Notes: generated from the sequence alone by a model not told the origin. A stretch of DNA of 64,000 nt from an uncultured bacterium (GCA_903937035.1 CAIZXS010000020.1:3443-67442), one strand, 5' to 3'; counted from the stretch's first letter, positions 1 through 9,784 are shown. Numbers and translations: made by a program.

Positions 1-397
1 CATCCGAGGACATGGCTACGCTAGACCACTCACGATTAGAATCTTTAGCTGTCCAGGTGTTCCCCGTATCACTAGAGATATAGATTTTATCATTATACGC
101 GACAGCTGTTTGGACTGAACCGTTTGAAGACATGGCGATACCCCTCCATTCGCGACTATCCCCTTTCGCTGTCCAAGTCTGACCAGAATCAGCAGAAACA
201 TAGATTCTGTCACCAGCTGCAACAGCTGTTTGAATTAAACCGCTTGAAGACATGGCGACATCTTTCCATGTGAGACTAAGCCCCACTGCTGTCCACGTAT
301 CACCGATGCTGCAAGTTGCGCCAATTGCCGATCCAGCGCTAAGAAAAGATAATGAAATTAAAAGACACAAAACAGGAAAGCTTTTTATTTTTATCAT
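1..397 (-). CDS. Secreted BNR/Asp-box repeat (beta-propeller) protein, 5' part; runs off the window edge
   Basis: Not in the ORF track. Hand translation from ATG at 397: MIKIKSFPVLCLLISLSFLSAGSAIGA (signal peptide), then ~39-aa repeats W..VAMSS.G..QTAVA....IY.S.D.G.TW with Asp-boxes SADSGQTW and SSDTGNTW; no stop before position 1. Confidence 0.85.
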   Translation of the reverse strand, partial: MIKIKSFPVLCLLISLSFLSAGSAIGATCSIGDTWTAVGLSLTWKDVAMSSSGLIQTAVAAGDRIYVSADSGQTWTAKGDSREWRGIAMSSNGSVQTAVAYNDKIYISSDTGNTWTAKDSNREWSSVAMSSD

Positions 398-453
398 TTT
401 TCTATTTATAATAAAATTATTTTGACTAAACATTGTTATCCAGACCAACAATC

Positions 454-906
454 CTATTTATTGAATTCCCCACCTTCAACTGAAACAGAAATTATATCAA
501 CTCTCTTGGTCAAATTGTCATATTCAACCTTTGCAAAATCACCAACTCGCAAATCAGATAGCTTTTTTCTTTCTATTAATCCCCCTTTCCCCATGAAAAA
601 TACCGAGGTTGCTTCAGTCGTTTTGAGAGAAACTGTCGGACTAGTACCATCTTTTATCAACTTTTTGAGCGGGCTACTATCATTCGCAATCACCAAACTA
701 TCACCCTTAATCGTGCTTATCACGCCAATCACCGCTAACTTGAGTGACTCAGAAGCATCCCTATTCTTCGTCAGATTTTCCTTTAGAAATGCACCCGTCA
801 AAGCTCCGCTCATATTTCCACGACTCCTTTTTTTTACAAAAAGCACAGCCGCCACAAAAACAGCTATGATCAATAATAGCAATAGAACTAGTTTCTTTTT
901 ATCCAT
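454..906 (-). CDS. Single-TM membrane-anchored hypothetical protein (DUF5666/OB-like domain)
   Basis: N-terminal hydrophobic anchor; C-terminal LSDLRVGDFAKVEYD; paralog at 12367-12798; start placed at Met14 of the track ORF. Confidence 0.7.
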   Translation of the reverse strand: MDKKKLVLLLLLIIAVFVAAVLFVKKRSRGNMSGALTGAFLKENLTKNRDASESLKLAVIGVISTIKGDSLVIANDSSPLKKLIKDGTSPTVSLKTTEATSVFFMGKGGLIERKKLSDLRVGDFAKVEYDNLTKRVDIISVSVEGGEFNK

Positions 907-1046
907 ACTTTTTATCTTTATTTTATATTTATCGTCTTGTCTCAAATTTTATTACAAAAATATTTCCAACTAAAAAAAGAAAAGCAACAATCAAAAAGAC
1001 TTATATTTAGCTAAATTATACTACGCTAACCCACTTATGACAACTG

Positions 1047-2057
1047 CTATAATCCAGCTTTTTTCTTATTTACAAGATGTTCTTCATACGTCTTAGCATA
1101 AAAAGTCTTCTTATCCACACCCTTTCCAGCTGTTAGAAAGAAGGAATAATCTGATTCCTCTGGATGGACTACTGCTAAAATTGCTTGCATCCCTGGATTA
1201 GCGATCGGTCCTGGCGTCAAGCCCTTAGTGTTATATGTATTATATGGTGAGATTATCTTGGTCTGCTCGTAAGTGTGACTATCAATAGTATCATCTAGAA
1301 AATATGACAGTGTCGCATCACTTTGTAAGGACATATTAATCGCTAACCTATTTTCAAAAATACCCGCTACAATTTTCATGTCCGCTGCCGTTGGCACTTC
1401 TTTTTCCACAATGCTAGCTAAAATAATAACATCCCTAAGTTCTTTTTTTTGCCTCCCTATTTCCGCCAAAATCGAATTGTCAATCCTATTTTCAAAATTA
1501 TCCAACATCTTTTTTATGATATTCTCCGCCGTTAACTCTTTTTTTAAAAAGTAGGTATCGGGGAACAAATAACCCTCAAGACTGGTAACTTTTTTGTCGC
1601 TGAGAAATGCATAGCGAGTGCGAAAACTTTCCGGAACATTACTCACTAGTTGCATAAATCCTTCGCTATCGAAACTATTTTTCTTGAGGAGCCCTGCCAT
1701 ATCGCGCGCAGTCAAACCTTCGGGAAAAGTAATTTTCACAGCTTGCGCTTCTGGGTTAGTGATTACATGCGCAATCTCAGGAATGCTTAAATTTCCACTT
1801 AGCATATATACCCCAGGCATAATTTTGTCCAGCAAGTGATTCGTATAGAAATAGTAATAAAAATATAATTCATTGGAAATAATTTTTTTGTCGAGCAAAT
1901 TAGCTGCAATCAACTTATTCCCCTCGCCCCTCTTAACTTCAAAAATCACCACCTGATTTTGCACCCCACGCGAATAATAAACCTGATTTCGAAAATAAAA
2001 AAAGCCACCAAAAAAGAGGATTAAAACGATTGCTAAAAAAAATATTATTTTACGCAT
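1047..2057 (-). CDS. mltG: Endolytic transglycosylase MltG
   Basis: N-terminal TM; EGYLFPDTY, ASIVEKE, SPYNTY..GL.PGPIANPG motifs. Confidence 0.95.
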   Translation of the reverse strand: MRKIIFFLAIVLILFFGGFFYFRNQVYYSRGVQNQVVIFEVKRGEGNKLIAANLLDKKIISNELYFYYYFYTNHLLDKIMPGVYMLSGNLSIPEIAHVITNPEAQAVKITFPEGLTARDMAGLLKKNSFDSEGFMQLVSNVPESFRTRYAFLSDKKVTSLEGYLFPDTYFLKKELTAENIIKKMLDNFENRIDNSILAEIGRQKKELRDVIILASIVEKEVPTAADMKIVAGIFENRLAINMSLQSDATLSYFLDDTIDSHTYEQTKIISPYNTYNTKGLTPGPIANPGMQAILAVVHPEESDYSFFLTAGKGVDKKTFYAKTYEEHLVNKKKAGL

Positions 2058-2061
2058 TTGC

Positions 2062-2679
2062 TTAATTACTAATTAGAGGCACGAAAGAAAAGCCAGGATA
2101 TTCTTCTTTGGCAAATTCTTCCTCGCTTTTTTTCTCAAGATAGATCAAATTATTCCGAATTGGGATCACCAGCTTACCCCCGATTTTTAGTTGTTTTTTT
2201 AGTTCTTCCGGAATCTCTTCTGCTGAAGCCGACACCAATATTCGATCAAATGGGGCCTCGGAGGACAAGCCAAGGCTACCATCCCCAAGAACCATCTTCG
2301 CGCGTCCATCTTTAATGTATTTAAATTTATCCACGTTATACTCCCCCATCTCGAGCAATCCCGCCTTTCTCTCCACAGCAAAAACCTTTCCTTTTTCACC
2401 GACAATATATGACAAGAGCGCTGTTGACCAACCAGAACCAGAGCCAACATCCAAAACCTTGTGTCCTTCTTGAGGGTCAAGGAGCTCAAACATTAAAGCC
2501 ACTGTTGATGGTTGTGAAATTGTCTGACCATGGCCAATCGGCAAAGCCACATCGGCGTCTGCTTGCATGACAAACTCTTCTGGTACAAATTCCAGTCGAC
2601 TTATTTCTGAGAAAGCATCAACGGTCCGACTAGTTCTCAAACATCCCTTCCTAACCAGGTCATTTACCAATTTACTCAT
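2062..2679 (-). CDS. pcm: Protein-L-isoaspartate O-methyltransferase
   Basis: GQTISQP, VLDVGSGSGW, APFDRI, GGKLVIP, FVPL. Confidence 0.95.
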   Translation of the reverse strand: MSKLVNDLVRKGCLRTSRTVDAFSEISRLEFVPEEFVMQADADVALPIGHGQTISQPSTVALMFELLDPQEGHKVLDVGSGSGWSTALLSYIVGEKGKVFAVERKAGLLEMGEYNVDKFKYIKDGRAKMVLGDGSLGLSSEAPFDRILVSASAEEIPEELKKQLKIGGKLVIPIRNNLIYLEKKSEEEFAKEEYPGFSFVPLISN

Positions 2680-2742
2680 ATATAAAATTCCCCTTTGTAA
2701 ATTTAACTATTCGTTCTTAATAGAAGATTACCAAAGCCCCAT

Positions 2743-3183
2743 CTAAAGCCCCATCACCTGAACGATTATCTCCCTTGTCCTTGCACCATCCATTTCTGCC
2801 ATAAAGATATTTTGTTTTGCGGTAATCATCATATGCCCCTTTTCAATCGGCAAGGTTTCACTAATCCCGAGAAGCATCACTTTGCAATGTGAATGACCAT
2901 TGCTCCGACCATCGGATTTATTTTTCTTAGCTAGTTCAAATAGATCATGAGAATAACGATCTTCAACTGGTGCTATGCGACATAGGACGCGCATAAAATC
3001 CTGAATTAACATCGACTCATTATGATTAACAAAAATTCCTGTTGAAGTGTGTGGGGAATAAACAAGAACCGTTCCTTCTCTCACACCGGACAAACCAATA
3101 ATTTCTTCTACTTTACTTGTGATGTCTATTATTTCTATACTGCTAGAGCTTTTTATTTCGATTTTTTTGCGATAAATTTTCAT
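2743..3183 (-). CDS. yjbQ: YjbQ/UPF0047 family protein
   Basis: PHTS.GI..N, NGHSH, EMDG.RTR motifs; start at Met12 of the track ORF. Confidence 0.85.
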   Translation of the reverse strand: MKIYRKKIEIKSSSSIEIIDITSKVEEIIGLSGVREGTVLVYSPHTSTGIFVNHNESMLIQDFMRVLCRIAPVEDRYSHDLFELAKKNKSDGRSNGHSHCKVMLLGISETLPIEKGHMMITAKQNIFMAEMDGARTREIIVQVMGL

Positions 3184-3193
3184 TATATTTGTC

Positions 3194-4318
3194 TTATTTT
3201 TTAAAAACATTGGCAACTTTTTTCACAACATTTCTATCCAACGCTCTTGGTATTATTTTATCACGAGTCGGCTTTTTTATCAAACTAGCAATAGCATAAG
3301 CGACTTTAATTTTATGCTCCTCGGTTATTATTTTCACTCGATTATCCAGAACTCCTCGAAAAATCCCCGGGAAGGCCAGAACATTGTTGATTTGATTGGC
3401 ATAATCGGAGCGACCTGTCGCCACAATCCATGCTCCGCCCGCGAATGCTCTTTCTGGCATAATTTCCGGCACCGGGTTAGCCATGGCAAACACGATTGAT
3501 TTCTTAGCCATGTGGGTAATATCTTCTTCAGTGAGAATGTTCGGCGCTGAAACACCAATGAACACATCCGCGCCAGTCAGCGCGTCGCGCACATTCCCCT
3601 TAGCATTTTCCGGGTTAGTAATTCCAGCAATTTCCATTTTTGATCCATTGAGGCCCCCAGCTCTTTCTTTATAAATAATGCCCATACGATCCAGCATAAT
3701 AATATGTTTCGCTCCAGCTCTAATGAGAAGCTTCGCGATTGCCACCCCTGCCGCGCCAGTTCCGGAAATAACAATTTTGATTTTCGCCAAATCTTTTTTG
3801 ACAACGTTGAGTGCATTGATAAGTCCGGCGAGAACTACAATAGCTGTTCCATGCTGATCATCATGAAAAACTGGAATATCCAATTCTTTTTTCAATGCTT
3901 CTTCCACATCGAAACAACGTGGAGCAGAAATATCCTCAAGGTTAATTCCGCCGAATGTTGGCGCTAAATATTTTATTGTTTTTATAATTTCTTCCGTATC
4001 TTGCGTCGCAAGCACAATCGGAATTGCATCCACTCCGCCCAGTTCTTTGAATAGAAGCGCTTTTCCTTCCATCACCGGCAATGCCGCTTCCGGACCAATA
4101 TTGCCCAACCCCAAAACTGCCGAGCCATCAGAGATAACAGCCACGGTGTTTTTGCGGATAGTATAACTAAAAGATAATTTTTTATCTTTCGCAATCGCTT
4201 TTGACACTTCCGCAACACCCGGAGTATACAAAACCGCCAGATTTTTCTCTGTCAGTTTTTCCTTGCTCCGAATTTCTATTTTGCCGCCGATTTTTTTGGA
4301 AAGCTGGATTGAATTCAT
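3194..4318 (-). CDS. NAD(P)-dependent malic enzyme
   Basis: YTPGVA, DGSAVLGLGNIG, MEGKA, INLEDI, FHDDQHGTA, AMANP, NNVLAFPG. Confidence 0.95.
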   Translation of the reverse strand: MNSIQLSKKIGGKIEIRSKEKLTEKNLAVLYTPGVAEVSKAIAKDKKLSFSYTIRKNTVAVISDGSAVLGLGNIGPEAALPVMEGKALLFKELGGVDAIPIVLATQDTEEIIKTIKYLAPTFGGINLEDISAPRCFDVEEALKKELDIPVFHDDQHGTAIVVLAGLINALNVVKKDLAKIKIVISGTGAAGVAIAKLLIRAGAKHIIMLDRMGIIYKERAGGLNGSKMEIAGITNPENAKGNVRDALTGADVFIGVSAPNILTEEDITHMAKKSIVFAMANPVPEIMPERAFAGGAWIVATGRSDYANQINNVLAFPGIFRGVLDNRVKIITEEHKIKVAYAIASLIKKPTRDKIIPRALDRNVVKKVANVFKK

Positions 4319-4324
4319 AATAGT

Positions 4325-5035
4325 TTATGATAAATTTTTTATCTTTTTCATCTTGTAACATAATATACCAATATCCGCATACTGATTCACTAATAAAGGA
4401 TAAAACTTCTCTCCTTGCAGCTGCACTTCCTGAAAGTCCTTTATCCTACTAAGATAATTCGCATTTTTTGTAACTTTAATTTTTCCATACACATAAAAAA
4501 TCTGCTTTGGATTACTACTGCATTTTTCACCATCCATGTTTTCAATGAAGTTCTTAACTATGTCCACTGCCTTGCGCACTGCAATTTTTCTATTTCTATT
4601 TTTCATCCCAAACTCCAATTCCACCGCATTTTCAACCACACCACCAAGGGGTCCTCTGGGATTTGGCCACAACAAAACTCTATCCAAATTTAAACTGCCC
4701 ACCGGAAAATTTTCAGGCAAATGTTTCTTGGGAATAATAATAAAATCATCATAGCCTTCTCGCGCCTCATGGAGATCAATTACAAACTGATATTTTTGGG
4801 CGATTGATAAAATCTTTGAAGCTCTCCTTTTTTCGTATGAAGAAGCGAGTTTATCTCCTGGATACGCTCGATTTAGGTCAGTATCTAAAAAACGAACGTT
4901 TCTCTTTTCTGCTCGAGGATTAGCTATTATAAAATCAAAAGATGCTTCATAGCCTTGCTTCAACAGCTCGTCAATAACTTCAATTCCGATTTTTTCATCA
5001 CCATGAGTCGCAGCTATGATGAGTATTTTTTTCAT
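4325..5035 (-). CDS. Succinylglutamate desuccinylase/aspartoacylase family (M14-like) hydrolase
   Basis: THGDE Zn motif, DLNRAYPG, IDLH. Confidence 0.85.
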   Translation of the reverse strand: MKKILIIAATHGDEKIGIEVIDELLKQGYEASFDFIIANPRAEKRNVRFLDTDLNRAYPGDKLASSYEKRRASKILSIAQKYQFVIDLHEAREGYDDFIIIPKKHLPENFPVGSLNLDRVLLWPNPRGPLGGVVENAVELEFGMKNRNRKIAVRKAVDIVKNFIENMDGEKCSSNPKQIFYVYGKIKVTKNANYLSRIKDFQEVQLQGEKFYPLLVNQYADIGILCYKMKKIKNLS

Positions 5036-5042
5036 ACAAAAA

Positions 5043-5966
5043 CTATTTCAATTTAAGCATCTTATACGCCCCGTTCGCCGCCACAGCGCCTTCTGAACAG
5101 GCCGTTAAAATCTGGCGAAATTTATTTGATCCAGTTGTAATGTCCCCTGCTGCAAACACGCCCAACACATTCGTACTCATATCTGCATTCACTCTGATAA
5201 ATCCCTGTTCATCTGTTTCCACGCCCAGTCTTTGCGCCAATTCCACACCGGGATCCGATCCGATTTCCACAAAGACACCATCCACTTCGAGATACGTCTT
5301 GTCATTGTAGGTATTATCCAAAATTATTTTTTCCACTTTCTGCTCACCCTTGATTTCAATAATATTAGTATTTTTAATCACTTCGATTTTTGGGTTCGCC
5401 GCTATTTTATCCAGCCACACTGGTTCCGCTGGTAAACGGTCTCCGCGATAGACTAGATAAACTTTTGACGCAAAATCCGTAAGCCCTAAAGCTGATGTCA
5501 CCGCCGCGTTTCCTCCACCCACAACGCAAATGACTTTTTCTCGGAAAAACATCGCGTCACAAGTTGCGCAATATGAAACACCCTTGCCGGTCAGCTCCTT
5601 TTCTCCAGGAATATTCATCTTACGATACTCCGTTCCCATTGCCATAATCACAGCGCGCGCCTTGTGAGCATTTTTTCCTGTTTCAACTTCAAAAACATTT
5701 TCTTCATTTTTTTTCACAGAGACCACCGATTCGTTTTGTGGTGTAATTCCAAGGTTCTTAGTATGCTCCACAAACCGAGAAAGCAAATCAAGTCCCGAGA
5801 CAGACTTGTCCCCCGGCCAATTTTCCAATTGCCGTATTTCATTAATTTGCCCGCCAATCGTCGCGCCCAAAAGCAAATGATTGAGTTTATAACGCGAAGC
5901 GTAAATCGAAGCAGCAAGACCAGCTGGTCCCGCGCCAATAATAATTAAGTCGTATGTTTCTTGCAT
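5043..5966 (-). CDS. trxB: Thioredoxin reductase
   Basis: GAGPAG, CATCD, GGGNAA, FAAGD; start at Met32 of the track ORF. Confidence 0.92.
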   Translation of the reverse strand: MQETYDLIIIGAGPAGLAASIYASRYKLNHLLLGATIGGQINEIRQLENWPGDKSVSGLDLLSRFVEHTKNLGITPQNESVVSVKKNEENVFEVETGKNAHKARAVIMAMGTEYRKMNIPGEKELTGKGVSYCATCDAMFFREKVICVVGGGNAAVTSALGLTDFASKVYLVYRGDRLPAEPVWLDKIAANPKIEVIKNTNIIEIKGEQKVEKIILDNTYNDKTYLEVDGVFVEIGSDPGVELAQRLGVETDEQGFIRVNADMSTNVLGVFAAGDITTGSNKFRQILTACSEGAVAANGAYKMLKLK

Positions 5967-5995
5967 AATGATATTTTGAGAAATTCTATTTATAT

Positions 5996-6153
5996 CCCCT
6001 TCTCCATTAGGGAGAAGGTGTACGAAGGGCGGATGAGGGAGAAACCTTTTGATAATCAACCAGCAATATTCATATAGCTTTTCTTTTTTATCAACGCCCT
6101 TTTTCCCTCACCTGTCACGAGTACGTGACATCCTCTCCCTAAGGGCGAGGAGA
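5996..6153. repeat. Pair of inversely oriented CCCT(T)CTCC..GGAGA(A)GG palindromic (REP-like) units
   Basis: cccttctccattagggagaagg..ggatgaggg (5996-6050) and ccctcacc..gtcacgagtacgtgac..tcctctccctaagggcgaggaga (6105-6153) between trxA and trxB. Confidence 0.65.
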
Positions 6154-6200
6154 ATATCTTAAGCGAGATAAATTAAAACTTAGACTGTTTAGATGAAACT

Positions 6201-6249
6201 TGTTTCATGTTTCATGTTTCATGTTTCATGTTTCATGTTTCATGTTTTA
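6201..6249. repeat. Heptamer tandem repeat (TGTTTCA)x6 plus one variant unit
   Basis: Six perfect units counted directly; the last unit TGTTTTA supplies the trxA stop codon. Confidence 0.95.
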
Positions 6250-6561
6250 CGCCTTCTCCAGCGCCTCCTTCAAGGTCTCCTTCGCCTGCATTCCCACAAA
6301 TTCCTGAACAACCTTTCCGCCCTTGAAGATTTTAAGTGCTGGGATGGACATAATAGAAAATTCTTGCGCTGTTTTGGAATTTTCATCGACATTGATTTTT
6401 CCCACTTTAGCTTTTCCATCAAATTCTTTGGCCAATTCTTCGATAATTGGACCCATTGCTAGACATGGCCCACACCAAGGTGCCCAGAAATCCACCAAAA
6501 CAGGCTTATCACTTTTTAAAACTTCCGCCTCAAAATTTTGATCCGTCAAAACTAGTTCCAT
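6247..6561 (-). CDS. trxA: Thioredoxin
   Basis: VLVDFWAPWCGPC; start at Met7 of the track ORF. Confidence 0.97.
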   Translation of the reverse strand: MELVLTDQNFEAEVLKSDKPVLVDFWAPWCGPCLAMGPIIEELAKEFDGKAKVGKINVDENSKTAQEFSIMSIPALKIFKGGKVVQEFVGMQAKETLKEALEKA

Positions 6562-6668
6562 AAAAATATAACTTATCAATTGCAGTCTTTACTGCAAAGA
6601 ATAAGTGTTAATTAAAAAATTAAAACGTTACGTTGTTAGTCACTTGTTCACACATTCACATAAATTCG

Positions 6669-6688
6669 CCTGCCTGCCGGTAGGCAGG
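6669..6688. repeat. Short palindromic repeat CCTGCCTGCCGGTAGGCAGG
   Basis: Related copies at ~22256-22275 and ~51644-51663. Confidence 0.75.
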
Positions 6689-6701
6689 TAATTCGTAGGG
6701 A

Positions 6702-7415
6702 TCATGCCCCAAACCTCCTCTGCCTCCTCATATATTCTTCAAGCGCCTCCTCAAATTTCACCTCATCAAAATCAGGAAATTTTTCAGGTGAAAAAAATAG
6801 TTGCGCATCAGCCACATCCCACATCATAAACCCTGCGCTATTATGTGGCTCCCCTCCGGTTCTAATCATATAATCCACAGACGGAATCTTAGCTGTCATC
6901 AGATTCTCTTTTATCATTCCCGCTGTGATCTTCACGCCTTTTTCATATTTAGCACGAATTTTTTCAATCGCATAAAGCATCTCGTCTGTTCCTCCATATG
7001 CTAACATAAAGTTTAGCATTCGTTTTTGGTAATTTTTTGTTTTTTCAATTACTGCATAGATTATCTGCTTTAGAGAATCTGGAAATTGCTCCTCCCACCG
7101 CCCGATAAAATTCACTTGAACTTCATTTTCATAAATTTCCTTTCCCTCCAACATTTTCTTGAAATAATGTTTATAGATATTCAGCAGCGCTTTTTTTTCT
7201 TCCAAAGGCCGTTTTGTCAGATTATCAATAGACGAGCCCCAGATGGAAAGACATGCGATTCCTTTTTTGAGAGAATAACTGATTATTTTTTCAAAATTTT
7301 CCGCCCCAGCCTCATGCCCCTTCCATGGCGGAAGTCCCCTTTCGCACGCCCAACGCCGATTAGCATCGGGAATGATTGCAACATGCTTTGGCAAATTTTC
7401 CAACGTTTTTTCCAT
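6702..7415 (-). CDS. uppS: Undecaprenyl diphosphate synthase (cis-prenyltransferase)
   Basis: PKHVAIIPDANRRWA, IRTGGE, RRFG C-terminus. Confidence 0.93.
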   Translation of the reverse strand: MEKTLENLPKHVAIIPDANRRWACERGLPPWKGHEAGAENFEKIISYSLKKGIACLSIWGSSIDNLTKRPLEEKKALLNIYKHYFKKMLEGKEIYENEVQVNFIGRWEEQFPDSLKQIIYAVIEKTKNYQKRMLNFMLAYGGTDEMLYAIEKIRAKYEKGVKITAGMIKENLMTAKIPSVDYMIRTGGEPHNSAGFMMWDVADAQLFFSPEKFPDFDEVKFEEALEEYMRRQRRFGA

Positions 7416-7424
7416 AGTTTAATA

Positions 7425-8513
7425 TTACACTTCTCTTTTAATGATATATTCCGCAATACCCTCTAGAAATTTCTTCGCTTCATTATTCTTAAATTCAATA
7501 TTCTTCAAAGCCGCGAGCGATGTCGCAACCAGCTTCTCGGCTAATTTAAGTGAATAATCCAGAGAGCCAGTTTCTCGAATAATATTTCTAAAATCCCCGA
7601 TCTCACTTTCCGTCAGATCTCTTTTCCCAAGCAACCTTTTTATCTCGCCAACTTGTCGCGCGTCTCCATTTTGAAGAGCCTTAAAAACCAATAACGTTTG
7701 CTTTCCTTCTATTATATCAGCTCCCACAGATTTGCCTAGCTTAATCTCATTCCCAAAAATTCCCAAAATATCATCCTGAATCTGGAATGCCTTTCCGACT
7801 GGCAATGAATAGGCTGAAAAAGCATCAAATAGCTCAGTATTCTCGTGTCCCGCCAAAATACAGCCAAAGTGCAACGGCCCCTCGAAAGTATAGCGCGCGG
7901 TTTTTCCCTCATGCATTCGAATTATTTCTTCTTCGGTAGATGACCCTCTTGCTCCCATCAATATATCCAACATCTCCCCAGGAATAGTATGTGAAACAAT
8001 TTTTTGAATCTTCCTTAAAGCATTTAGGATTATTTCTGGCGTGAAATCTATATCGTACAGAATTTCATTAGCCATCGCATGCGTATAATCCCCTGCTGTA
8101 ATTGCCATGGAATTCCCAAAATGCACCGCTTCGCCTTCCTCAAGCTTCAGTTTTTTTCCCCAGGACCTATAGGTCTCATGAACCGTCTCAATTCCATGAC
8201 GAGTATCATCACGATCAATAATATCATCGTGAATAAGCAAAAACGCATGCGCTAACTCAATTGCCATCGAAGCTTCAACTATCTTTTCGCTATCCTCTCC
8301 TCCTCCGGCAAGATAGCCATAATAAGTCAGTGCTGGACGCAACCTTTTTCCACCAGAAAGTACAAATCGCTCTATGATTTCCAATGTCCTTACAGCTAAT
8401 GGGTCAAGTTTCTCTGCCTGCGCCATCTTTGATGATAAATACACTCTTAAAAAAGGATCCAACCGCTTTTTATACGCTTTCAACATTTCGATAGCTTGCA
8501 GATTATGTTCCAT
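7425..8513 (-). CDS. Polyprenyl (FPP/GGPP) synthetase
   Basis: GGKRLRP, LIHDDIID..D.R.G, KTARY, FQIQDD, EGKQT. Confidence 0.93.
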   Translation of the reverse strand: MEHNLQAIEMLKAYKKRLDPFLRVYLSSKMAQAEKLDPLAVRTLEIIERFVLSGGKRLRPALTYYGYLAGGGEDSEKIVEASMAIELAHAFLLIHDDIIDRDDTRHGIETVHETYRSWGKKLKLEEGEAVHFGNSMAITAGDYTHAMANEILYDIDFTPEIILNALRKIQKIVSHTIPGEMLDILMGARGSSTEEEIIRMHEGKTARYTFEGPLHFGCILAGHENTELFDAFSAYSLPVGKAFQIQDDILGIFGNEIKLGKSVGADIIEGKQTLLVFKALQNGDARQVGEIKRLLGKRDLTESEIGDFRNIIRETGSLDYSLKLAEKLVATSLAALKNIEFKNNEAKKFLEGIAEYIIKREV

Positions 8514-8641
8514 TCATTTACTCTTTAATGTTATTATCCACTACAACAAAATCAGAGCCTGATTTTACAACTATACTATAATATACAAGCAAAATCATCA
8601 CTTGTCGAGCAACTCCTTTTGTCTATGCGATTAGCTCAAAT

Positions 8642-9370
8642 TCACCGCAAATAATGCTCAAGTGTAAAAATCCAATTCTCATCATTTCCCTCACCCTGAT
8701 CCCTTACCCTAATTTTTTCGTTCAAAAGCCATTGTAGATAGCCCCGATCACGCCTGGCAACATCCGCCACACTCACACCAACATATTTCCCAAAATTAAA
8801 CTTCTTAACTAAAATTGGGCGAGAAGATATGTCTAACATCTCCCCAATTAAAGCCACCTCATCTTTCCCTTCAATCAACATTTTTTGAAAATAGTAATCA
8901 AACAATTTTTGGAGAACTCTAATATCTCCCAATGCATCATGCGCCGGGGCATCTAGTACTTCTAGGTCGTGGTAATAGCGCAAATACTGAAGAGCATATT
9001 TAGGAATCTCACCGCTGACATCAAAATATTGCGCCAACTTGAAAGTATCAATCATTGATTTCGGTTCCAAATTTTCCCGCCTGAGCATTTCTGCATCAAA
9101 CCCAACATTGTGCGCCACTAAAATATGTTCTCCGGAAAAAATTTCTGCTAAATGTTTTCGCATCTCAGAGTCGATAAAAGGCTCCTTGTCAGCCACCATT
9201 TTATTGGTAATATGCGCCACAGCCATCGCATCGACACCAATAGGAACAGGCGGTTTAAAGAGAGCTTCTTTCTCCAGTCCTTGAAATTTATACGCTACTT
9301 GGCATAAACGATCATCCGGTCCAATGCCAGTCGTTTCTGTGTCTAAAAAAATTAAGTGCGATTTGTTCAT
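8642..9370 (-). CDS. DEDDh 3'-5' exonuclease (exodeoxyribonuclease X-like)
   Basis: LDTETTG, AHNVGFD, AHDALGD; C-terminal FGKY.G...D.GYL.W domain; start at Met13. Confidence 0.85.
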   Translation of the reverse strand: MNKSHLIFLDTETTGIGPDDRLCQVAYKFQGLEKEALFKPPVPIGVDAMAVAHITNKMVADKEPFIDSEMRKHLAEIFSGEHILVAHNVGFDAEMLRRENLEPKSMIDTFKLAQYFDVSGEIPKYALQYLRYYHDLEVLDAPAHDALGDIRVLQKLFDYYFQKMLIEGKDEVALIGEMLDISSRPILVKKFNFGKYVGVSVADVARRDRGYLQWLLNEKIRVRDQGEGNDENWIFTLEHYLR

Positions 9371-9444
9371 TGTTTTTCGAAAGTTATTATTTACTTGCAA
9401 CCTCATCCATTATGCCACATTATTTCTCAGTAGCAAATCAAAAT

Positions 9445-9475
9445 AAAAAAATCCCAAGCAACTTGGGATTTTTTC
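9445..9475 (-). terminator. Intrinsic terminator downstream of the tRNA-Glu region
   Basis: aaaaaaatcccaag-caa-cttgggattttt hairpin with T-runs on both strands. Confidence 0.7.
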
Positions 9476-9480
9476 TATTT

Positions 9481-9499
9481 GTAGCCTCAGGGGGAATCG
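9481..9499 (-). repeat. Partial copy of the tRNA-Glu 3' end (18/19 identical)
   Basis: gtagcctcagggggaatcg versus gtagcctcaaggggaatcg at 9667-9685. Confidence 0.85.
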
Positions 9500-9667
9500 T
9501 TCTTCATCCGTCTTTCGGCGTGCCTACGGCACATGCTTCACTCCTCCCTCAGAACCTGGGCTCTTAAAAAAGCAAAGCGGTTTGCTTTTTTAATTTGCCC
9601 GTCCGACTCTATAAAAAGTCATAGACCGAAAAACTCTTTGATTACAACTGCCTTTGAAAATAATACG

Positions 9668-9739
9668 TAGCCTCAAGGGGAATCGGACCCCTGTTTCCAG
9701 GATGAGAACCTGATGTCCTAGCCGCTAGACGATGAGGCC
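9668..9739 (-). tRNA. tRNA-Glu (anticodon CTC), CCA not encoded
   Basis: Cloverleaf GGCCTCA..GTCTAGCGGCTAGGAC..TCAGG-TT CTC AT-CCTGG..AGGGG TCCGATT CCCCT TGAGGCT A. Confidence 0.95.
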
Positions 9740-9755
9740 AAAATATCCAAAACTT

Positions 9756-9784
9756 AGCTTATCAGCAATTGGAAAAATTATCAA
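9756..9784 (-). promoter_or_regulatory. Sigma70-type promoter for tRNA-Glu
   Basis: TTGATA-17 bp-TAAGCT on the minus strand, 16 nt upstream of the tRNA. Confidence 0.55.

Noticed and set aside
16-222. 68-aa minus-strand ORF
   Set aside because: It is an alternative frame of the Asp-box repeat gene
1-300. ~117-bp periodic DNA repeats as a possible CRISPR array
   Set aside because: They are degenerate in-frame coding repeats, with no identical repeat/unique spacer pattern and no cas genes
5967-6059. N-terminal extension of TrxB
   Set aside because: It derives from an intergenic palindrome; the FAD-binding fold begins right after Met32
6193-6462. 89-aa plus-strand ORF with VSCFMFH repeats
   Set aside because: It is a translation of the heptamer repeat and antisense to trxA
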